From positions 36,458-100,457 of the forward strand of contig DBXV01000004.1 in assembly GCA_002309695.1 (NCBI GenBank): a stretch of DNA of 64,000 nucleotides. Reading direction: 5' to 3'. A program made the position numbers and the translations under genes. Below are positions 17,948 through 25,324 of this stretch, piece by piece. Numbering within the stretch: the stretch's first letter is position 1; the number at the start of each line of letters is the position of its first letter. A model generated the notes under the pieces. The model made no database searches. It saw only the letters and a program-made list of their open reading frames with translations, and had not been told where the DNA came from. The DNA comes from Myxococcales bacterium UBA1203 (GTDB lineage: Bacteria > Myxococcota > Myxococcia > Myxococcales > UBA5297).

Positions 17948-20900
17948 TAGTCCTCAGTATAAACATTAACTCTGGCCAGACCGCCGCCTGTCAGGCGTGT
18001 ATCATTGGTTGTCACGACAACCGATACGGTCTCGCCCGGCGCCAATGTATAATGCAGACAGGAATGACCGGTTCCCTGATTGCCTGTGTACGGAGTCTTA
18101 CAAGATTCTTCTGAGCCGCCCCATGTGGATGTCAGCCAGCCTGACCTTGACGAAGGATTAAACGGCGGGGTGAATAATTCGATAACGCCATTTCTCTCGT
18201 ATTTTGCTTCAATAATCAGCGCCTTATATTCAGATGTCGCATTCGTTAATGTGTAAGCGCGGAAGGGCGAGAATCCGCAATTATCCTGATTTTGGCTCTG
18301 CTGACTCGGAGAGCATGAATACTTCGGATAAATATAAGGCGTATCAATGACGCTGTTTAATGTTCCGCCCAGAAGATCTCCTTCTTCCGCCGACAGAGCC
18401 AGAGGGAACTCGGTCGAATTAGTGATCTTTATTCCGCATTCAGCACCTTCCATGACGCCGTCGCCGCAGACATCGGGGCCGCACATGGAGGGCCATGAAG
18501 CTGAACAAATATATCCATCTTCTACTTGGCACGCAGAGCTGCATCCGTCGCTGCCAGCCAGATTCCCGTCATCGCAGCTCTCACCGCCCTTCACCCTGCC
18601 ATTACCGCAGAAATCGCAGGAAGACATGGCAGACCAGACGTGCATGGCCAGAGTGCTGCTGATAGTCTGAGTCAATGTCTGATCTTCAATTGTGCATGAA
18701 GCATTCGCCTCCACTGTACAATCGGCAGCGCAGCCATCTCCATCTGCATTGTTGCCGTCGTCACATTCCTCGTTGCTGTCTTGGAAGCCATCACCGCAAA
18801 TGTTGGCTTCACAATGATTACCCACGTAGAAGCGTGAAACATCATCCGTCATATAAGTATAAACGGCCTGAATACATGTGCGTCCATCCTCGATGGTGCA
18901 GTCGGCAGCACATCCGTCACCATCTTCCCGGTTTCCATCATCGCATTCCTCAAAACCGTCTCTCGAACCATTGCCGCACATGGGGCTTTCAGGCTCAATA
19001 AGCTGATTGGCAGACAGGCATTCCCCGTCGTAGCAGGGGCACATAAGTTTGGTAAAGCCCTCCCAGCACCAGGCCTCGCAGCGGCCATACTCCGACTTGC
19101 AGTCGCTGCTGCATCCATCGCCGTCGATGTTATTTCCATCATCGCATTCTTCACCGTGGTAACTATCCCCATACCAAATAGGATAGCCGTCGGCGCCGCG
19201 TTCCAGATCACGAATGCCATTGCCGCAGCCCGTTTTGGCAATGCGAATCAGACCATGACAATTCTGCATTTCCGAGTAGGAATAGTCATTATCATAGGTG
19301 GATATTATTATGTAAGCGGTTCGTCCCGCAGGAAGGGACATTTCCTGCAAAATACTCTGCCATGAATCCCCGCAGTCATCGTCGTCACCATCATCATTGT
19401 AATTACAGCCATTGTTTGGGAAATTATCCAAATAATAGAAAAGATAACCGTCACAGCTAAAGTTAGCTTTAATATCAATGATCAAATCTTCAGTTGTTTC
19501 ATTAGTCAGAGCATATTTCTGATAGCGATGGGTTCCTGGCATTAGAACATCAGTACACTGGCTGTTGTGCCCATCATACCAATAGGGGCGTTCCCACGTC
19601 GGACTCGATTCATCCAAGGCATGGAAAATCGTCCAACGGGCATTGGGATCAGTCCAGCGATATGCACATTCTGATGTGCAGTTAGAGCCTTCGGTTCCAT
19701 TCAGGTCGCCGTCGTCGCAGGCTTCACCCGGATCCTGAATACCGTCGCCGCAGGTCGCCTCTCCTGCGCGCTTGCAGTCTGTTGTGCAGAGTTCGCCGCC
19801 GTTGTCGCTGCCGAGGTCGCAGTCTTCCATGGCATCTCTGCGTCCATCACCGCACACAATGGAAGTGCAGTCGGAATGGCAGGTCGAAACGGGGAATTCG
19901 CCATTGTAGTATTCGTCATCACACTCTTCTCCCTCATCCACATTGCCGTCGCCGCAGAAAGCCGCCACAGCCAGGCCCGGATCGCTGGAAGAGGTCATGG
20001 CCGTGCAGCTGACATTGCACCTGCCGGGGAGGCCATTGAGGATGCCGTCGTCGCAGTTTTCGATGCCGTTCTGAATGCCGTCGCCGCAGCCAAAGGCCAG
20101 CGCGCTGCAGTTGGACATGCAGTGTCCGTAGGTGCCGTCGTTGATGCCGTCGTCGCACCACTCGCCCACGTCGAGAATGGCGTCGCCGCAGCCGGCAAAG
20201 ACACATGAAGTCCGGCAGGGGGGAACCATTTCAGAGCCGGTCATGGGCGCATCGGTGTTTCCCGCGCCGTCGTCACACTGCTCGCCATTGGAGGGCACGC
20301 CGTCGCCGCAGTAGCTGTTCCACGACTGGCACCTGCTGCAGGTGCGTCCGGCGGCCGTGGGGGAATAGCGGCCTGGCGTGTTCACGCCGTCGTCGCAGAC
20401 TTCGCCCTTATCCGCATCCACATGGCCGTCGCCGCAGTGGGCGTCGAAGGAAGCGCACCCGGGGGCACAGATGGGCGCCTGTCCCGCTGCCGCATAGCCG
20501 CCCGCGTTCACGCCGTCGTCGCAGGCTTCACCGCTGTCCACGATGCCGTCGCCGCATCCGGCAATTTTGCACGTCGTCCGGCAGACAGCGGTGGTCTCGT
20601 GTCCGGTCAGGGGCGCGTCGCTGTTGCCCGCCGAGGTGACGGCGGGATTCGTGACCATGCCCACGGTGCCGTTGTCGCATTCCTCGCCTTCATCCAGCCA
20701 GCCGTTGCCGCAGCCCACTGTCCGGCAGCTGGTGACGCCGCCCGTGACAGAGCACGTCCAGCCGCTCGCCACCTGGCAGGACGCGGTGCAGCCGTCGGTG
20801 CCGTCCAGAGGCTTCGTCCGATCGAGACTTCCAGTGTCGCAGGATTCGCCGGGGTCCAGAACGCCGTCGCCGCAGCGGGCGGCCATGCAGTTCATCCGGC

Positions 20901-23900
20901 AGAGCGCGCCGGGTGCGTTGCTGTTGTCAGATCCCGCGTCGCAGGTTTCTCGTGCATCCACGATGTTGTCGCCGCAGATGACCTTCGTGCAGTCTGCGCG
21001 GCAGGTGGGATTGGCGCCGGCGCCGTTCAGGCGGCCGTTGTCGCATTCTTCGCTGGTGTCCTTTACGCCGTCGCCGCAGGAGGGCAGCTTGCAGTTTTTG
21101 CGGCAGGCTGCGCCTTCCGTGTCTGCATTGCCGGGGGTGGTGACGCCGGGATTGGTAATCATTCCCGCCGTGCCGAGGTCGCATTCTTCGCTGGCATCCT
21201 GATAGCCGTCGCCGCAGATGATGGGACGGCAGGAAGTCGCGCCCGTGGCGCCGACGCTGTCGCAGATCCAGCCATTCCTGACCTGGCACGCGGCGGTGCA
21301 TCCATCCGCGCCGCTGAGCATGGACATGCTGTCGATGCTGCCCGTGTCGCAGACCTCGCCCGGATCCAAAATGCCGTCGCCGCAGCGGCCGGGCAGGCAA
21401 TTCTCGCGGCAGGCGGCACCGGCCGCGTTGGAGTTGGCGGCGGCCAGATCGCAGGCTTCACCGCTGTCCACCACGCCGTCGCCGCACTTGGGCAGCGTGC
21501 AGTCCGGGCGGCACGCTGCGTCGGCCAGATTGCTGTTCTGACGTCCGGCATCGCAGGCCTCGCCGCTGTCCACCACGCCGTCGCCGCATCTGGGCAGCGT
21601 GCAGTCCGTCCGGCACTCAGCATTGGGCGCGTTGCTGTTGGAGGAGCCCTTGTCGCATTCCTCGCCTTCATCCTTCACGCCGTCGCCGCAGCGGGGACGC
21701 GTGCAGTCCGTCCGGCACGCGGAATCCGCCGCGTCGCTGTTCTCTTCACCCAAGTCGCAGACCTCGCCCACGTCGATCACGCCGTCGCCGCAGCGTGCGT
21801 AGGTGCAGTCAGGACGGCAGGTGATGCCGTGGGTGCCGCCGACCGAGGCGCTGTTGGCCTTGCCCGCGTCGCACTCCTCGCCCTCGTCCTTCACGCCGTC
21901 GCCGCACTTGGGCAGCGTGCAGTCCGTCCGGCAGGCCGCGCCGGCCACATCGGCGTTGGCGCTTCCCAAATCGCATTCCTCGCCCGGGTCCTGGATGCCG
22001 TCGCCGCAGCCGCTCCTGAGGCAGCTGCTTCTGCAAATGGCACCGGCCGCGTCGCTGTTGCCGGAGACATAGGCGCCCGTTTCGTCCAGAACTTCCGGCC
22101 CCTCGTCGCAGGCCTCACTGTTCAGGCTGTCCACCACGCCGTCGCCGCAGCGCCGCGGCTGGCAGTCGGGACGGCACGCTGCATTGGCGCGCAGGCTGTT
22201 CATCCGCCCCTCGTCGCACACCTCTGCATGGACGGTTTCAAAGGCCTCGCCCACGTCGATCACGCCGTCGCCGCATCTGGGCAGCATGCAGTTCGTCCGA
22301 CAGGCCAGTGCCGCCGTGTCGCTGTTTTGTTCGCCCTCGTCGCAGTCCTCGGCCGCATCCTTCACGCCGTCGCCGCACTTGGGCAGCGTGCAGTCAGGAC
22401 GGCAGTCAGCGTCGGGCAGCCGGCTGTTGCCCAAAACGTAAGCGCCCGAATCGTCCAGAACCTCTTCGCCCTCGTCGCAGGCCTCATCCGCCGACTTCAC
22501 GCCGTCGCCGCAGCGGGCAGGCGTGCAGTCAGGACGGCAGGCAGCCATCGGAGACGCACTGTTGCCGGCAGTCCACGCGCCCGATTCATCCAGGACTTCC
22601 TCGCCGTCGTCGCAGGTCTCGCCGTCATCAATCACGCCGTCGCCGCAGTGCGCCGCCTGGCAGTCCGTCCGGCAGGCGCCGGAAACCACGTCACTGTTGC
22701 CCGAAACGTAGGCGCCCTCTTCGTCCGTCACGGTCTCGCCGTCGTCGCAGGTCTCGCCGTCATCAATCACGCCATCGCCGCAGTATGCGGCCTTGCAGTC
22801 CGTTCGGCAGGCACCGGCAATCACGTCGCTGTTGCCAGAAACGTAGGCTCCCTCTTCGTCCGTCACGGTCTCGCCGTCGTCGCATTCCTCATCGGCAGAC
22901 TGCACGCCGTCGCCGCAGCGGGCAGGCGTGCAGTCAGGACGGCAGGCAGCCATGGGAGAGAGGCTGTTGCCCGAGAAATAGACGCCGGTCTCGTCCATGT
23001 TCTCAGGCCCGTCATCACAGGTCTCGCCGTCATCAATCACGCCGTCGCCGCAGTGCGCCGCCATGCAGTTCGTCCGGCAGGCGCCGGGAACGGTGTCGCT
23101 GTTGCCCGAGACGTAAGTGTCCTCGTCATCCGTCACGGTCTTGCCGTCGTCGCAGGCCTCGCCCTCGTCCTTCACGCCGTCGCCGCACCTGGGCAGCGTG
23201 CAGTTCGTTCGGCAGGTGTCCGGGAGCGTGTCGCTGTTGCCCGAGACATGGGCGCCCTCGTCATCCAAAACTTCCGCGCCCTCGTCGCAGTCTTCGCCCG
23301 CGTTGGGAACGCCGTCGCCGCACGAGGCCAGACGGCACTCAGGCAGGCAGTTGGCGCCCGGCGCGCTGCTGTTGCCCGAAATCCACGCGCCCGATTCCTC
23401 GTCGAGAACTTCCGCGCCCTCATCGCAGCCCTCATCTGCCGATTTCACGCCATCGCCGCAGCGGGCGGGTGTGCAGTCAGGACGGCAGCTGGCCGCCGGA
23501 GAGAGGCTGTTGCCGGACGTCCATTCGCCCGACGTCTCATCGAGAACTTCCGCGCCGTCGTCACACGTCTCGCCCTCGTCCTTCACGCCGTCGCCGCAGT
23601 GCGCCACCATGCAGTTCGTCCGGCAGGCGCCGGGAATGGTGTCGCTGTTGCCCGAGACGTAAGCGCCCGATTCGTCGAGGACTTCCGCGCCGTCGTCGCA
23701 TTCTTCGCCCTCGTCCTTCATGCCGTCGCCGCACTGAGGAAGGGTGCAGTCCGCCCGGCAGGGAACGTCCTGAATGCCCGGGTCGCAGGCCTCGCCTTTG
23801 TCCAGAACGCCGTTGCCGCACAAAACGGTCGTGGGCGGATCAATCACCTGAATTTTGTCCTCGCCGCACCCGCCGCCGGTCGCCAGCGCCACAACAGCGA

Positions 23901-23976
23901 TGCAGGAACCCAAAAGCGTTTTGAACTTTTTGCAGGCAAACACAGCCTCAGCCTGAGCCCGGAATGCGACTTTCAT
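17947..23976 (-). CDS. giant (2009 aa) secreted lipoprotein, paralog of gene A: ~33 Myxococcus-type Cys-rich repeats plus a ~570-aa C-terminal beta region
   Basis: ATG 23976..23974. Signal sequence (MKVAFRAQAEAVFACKKFKTLLGSCIAVVALATGGGCGED). Same repeat and C-terminal architecture as gene A. The C-terminal last ~50 aa are conserved between the two (SHSC(I/L)(R/H)YT..PG(Q/E)T...V.TTN.TR.TG.G). Stop TAA 17949..17947 overlaps the gene A start (TAATG). Confidence 0.85.
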   Translation of the reverse strand: MKVAFRAQAEAVFACKKFKTLLGSCIAVVALATGGGCGEDKIQVIDPPTTVLCGNGVLDKGEACDPGIQDVPCRADCTLPQCGDGMKDEGEECDDGAEVLDESGAYVSGNSDTIPGACRTNCMVAHCGDGVKDEGETCDDGAEVLDETSGEWTSGNSLSPAASCRPDCTPARCGDGVKSADEGCDEGAEVLDEESGAWISGNSSAPGANCLPECRLASCGDGVPNAGEDCDEGAEVLDDEGAHVSGNSDTLPDTCRTNCTLPRCGDGVKDEGEACDDGKTVTDDEDTYVSGNSDTVPGACRTNCMAAHCGDGVIDDGETCDDGPENMDETGVYFSGNSLSPMAACRPDCTPARCGDGVQSADEECDDGETVTDEEGAYVSGNSDVIAGACRTDCKAAYCGDGVIDDGETCDDGETVTDEEGAYVSGNSDVVSGACRTDCQAAHCGDGVIDDGETCDDGEEVLDESGAWTAGNSASPMAACRPDCTPARCGDGVKSADEACDEGEEVLDDSGAYVLGNSRLPDADCRPDCTLPKCGDGVKDAAEDCDEGEQNSDTAALACRTNCMLPRCGDGVIDVGEAFETVHAEVCDEGRMNSLRANAACRPDCQPRRCGDGVVDSLNSEACDEGPEVLDETGAYVSGNSDAAGAICRSSCLRSGCGDGIQDPGEECDLGSANADVAGAACRTDCTLPKCGDGVKDEGEECDAGKANSASVGGTHGITCRPDCTYARCGDGVIDVGEVCDLGEENSDAADSACRTDCTRPRCGDGVKDEGEECDKGSSNSNAPNAECRTDCTLPRCGDGVVDSGEACDAGRQNSNLADAACRPDCTLPKCGDGVVDSGEACDLAAANSNAAGAACRENCLPGRCGDGILDPGEVCDTGSIDSMSMLSGADGCTAACQVRNGWICDSVGATGATSCRPIICGDGYQDASEECDLGTAGMITNPGVTTPGNADTEGAACRKNCKLPSCGDGVKDTSEECDNGRLNGAGANPTCRADCTKVICGDNIVDARETCDAGSDNSNAPGALCRMNCMAARCGDGVLDPGESCDTGSLDRTKPLDGTDGCTASCQVASGWTCSVTGGVTSCRTVGCGNGWLDEGEECDNGTVGMVTNPAVTSAGNSDAPLTGHETTAVCRTTCKIAGCGDGIVDSGEACDDGVNAGGYAAAGQAPICAPGCASFDAHCGDGHVDADKGEVCDDGVNTPGRYSPTAAGRTCSRCQSWNSYCGDGVPSNGEQCDDGAGNTDAPMTGSEMVPPCRTSCVFAGCGDAILDVGEWCDDGINDGTYGHCMSNCSALAFGCGDGIQNGIENCDDGILNGLPGRCNVSCTAMTSSSDPGLAVAAFCGDGNVDEGEECDDEYYNGEFPVSTCHSDCTSIVCGDGRRDAMEDCDLGSDNGGELCTTDCKRAGEATCGDGIQDPGEACDDGDLNGTEGSNCTSECAYRWTDPNARWTIFHALDESSPTWERPYWYDGHNSQCTDVLMPGTHRYQKYALTNETTEDLIIDIKANFSCDGYLFYYLDNFPNNGCNYNDDGDDDDCGDSWQSILQEMSLPAGRTAYIIISTYDNDYSYSEMQNCHGLIRIAKTGCGNGIRDLERGADGYPIWYGDSYHGEECDDGNNIDGDGCSSDCKSEYGRCEAWCWEGFTKLMCPCYDGECLSANQLIEPESPMCGNGSRDGFEECDDGNREDGDGCAADCTIEDGRTCIQAVYTYMTDDVSRFYVGNHCEANICGDGFQDSNEECDDGNNADGDGCAADCTVEANASCTIEDQTLTQTISSTLAMHVWSAMSSCDFCGNGRVKGGESCDDGNLAGSDGCSSACQVEDGYICSASWPSMCGPDVCGDGVMEGAECGIKITNSTEFPLALSAEEGDLLGGTLNSVIDTPYIYPKYSCSPSQQSQNQDNCGFSPFRAYTLTNATSEYKALIIEAKYERNGVIELFTPPFNPSSRSGWLTSTWGGSEESCKTPYTGNQGTGHSCLHYTLAPGETVSVVVTTNDTRLTGGGLARVNVYTED
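19670..23830 (-). repeat. coding tandem repeat array (~33 copies) inside giant gene B
   Basis: Same periodic CGDG/CDDG units as gene A. Boundaries from residue counting. Confidence 0.7.
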
Positions 23977-24357
23977 CTGCGTCCCCTCTCTCCCCTGAAA
24001 AAGATGCGTTCACTCAATGCAGCTTTTCAAAAGCAGCGGCCAATTCCCCACAAACAGGCGCATTCAATCAAACCGGACGAAAGCAGGGAAGAATTTCCTT
24101 CGTTGCCGAGTCAAAAAAACACGATGTACCGAATTAACGCGCCTGTATTTACAGACGGCACTTTTGAAGACAGGAGAAATAATAAAGAATGGACGCACCT
24201 TCACCTCCCGCCAGGCATCAATTTGTCCTGGAAATTCTCAAAAAATGCGTTGCGCGGTTTTGGTGAATCTGCTGAGTATTTTGTCCAGCAATTCAGCCCT
24301 TCAAAAAGAGAGTTATGTTCTCCTCATTTTTCTCTTCCTTCCCCTCGGAGGTTCCTC

Positions 24358-25242
24358 ATGCCAAGACTTGGACAAACAAATGACTGGGACAACGATAATT
24401 GGGACAGCGGCAATAACGACCAGAATTTGGGAGATAAACTTCAGCATTCGCAGGAAGCGGCCCGTCTGGCGGCGTTTGGCGGCATGGATCGTGTCCAGAG
24501 CGATGGAGAAGCAATAGAATTTCTTGATGATGATAATACAAGCAATACTACAAATAATGTAATTGATGACGAAGATGAAGTTTTTATGGAGAGCCGGCGC
24601 CAATTTATGGGCCGTGTTTACAACTGGATGTTTGGCGGCCTCGCGCTGACGGCAGCGGCGGCGTGGTTTGTTTCACATTCCCAGGAGGCCCTGCAGCTTC
24701 TGATGCCGATTATGGGACAATTGCTGTTCGTGCCATTGGTTCTGGTTATTGTTATGAATCTGTGCATGAACAAAATGTCCGCGGCCGTCATGAGATTTTG
24801 TTTTATTCTTTACGCCGCTGTGACGGGCATCACGTTCGCGCCCATCTGCCTCGCCTACAAAATTTCCTCTCTGGCATCGGCATTTGCCGTCACATCCGCA
24901 ATGTTCGCCGCGCTCAGCCTCTACGGCCACTTCACGCGGCGCAATCTGTCCGGTCTGGGCGCTTTCTGCCTCATGGGCCTCGTCGGCGTGCTTCTGGGCA
25001 GCATCATCAATTTGTTCCTGGGCAATCCCATGGTGGATTTCATCGTCACCTGCTCAGGAATTATCGTATTTGCGGGATTGACGGCCTACGACACCAAAAA
25101 GCTGAAAACTATTCATAAGAATCTTTACGCCCACGGGGGAAATGATGAAAAAACACAGAAAATGGCCATCCGCGGTGCGCTCATACTTTATCTGGATTTC
25201 ATCAATCTGTTCCTGAAACTTTTAAGCCGCCGCAGGCGATGA
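24358..25242 (+). CDS. Bax inhibitor-1/YccA family membrane protein with an unusual ~80-aa Asn/Asp-rich N-terminal extension
   Basis: ATG 24358 with GGAGG 6 nt upstream. C-terminal GALILYLDFINLFLKLL is the family signature motif. Seven hydrophobic helices from FGGLALTAAAAWFV onward. N-terminus MPRLGQTNDWDNDNWDSGNNDQ...DDDNTSNTTNNVIDDEDE is low-complexity and low-GC. Alternative in-frame starts exist (MDRVQSD, MESRRQF). In the ORF track this gene is fused to an antisense shadow ORF (20422..25242). Confidence 0.8.
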   Translation: MPRLGQTNDWDNDNWDSGNNDQNLGDKLQHSQEAARLAAFGGMDRVQSDGEAIEFLDDDNTSNTTNNVIDDEDEVFMESRRQFMGRVYNWMFGGLALTAAAAWFVSHSQEALQLLMPIMGQLLFVPLVLVIVMNLCMNKMSAAVMRFCFILYAAVTGITFAPICLAYKISSLASAFAVTSAMFAALSLYGHFTRRNLSGLGAFCLMGLVGVLLGSIINLFLGNPMVDFIVTCSGIIVFAGLTAYDTKKLKTIHKNLYAHGGNDEKTQKMAIRGALILYLDFINLFLKLLSRRRR

Positions 25243-25253
25243 CTGAGAGGGCA

Positions 25254-25298
25254 TAAAAAAATCCCCTCTCCATATTTGTTTGGAGAGGGGATTTTTTT
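25254..25298. terminator. bidirectional rho-independent terminator between the convergent BI-1 and FISUMP genes
   Basis: aaaaaaatcccctctccatatttgtttggagaggggattttttt: 10-bp stem with an A-run on one side and a T-run on the other. Confidence 0.75.
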
Positions 25299-25324
25299 GT
25301 CAGCATTTCTTTTTATCTGTGAGT

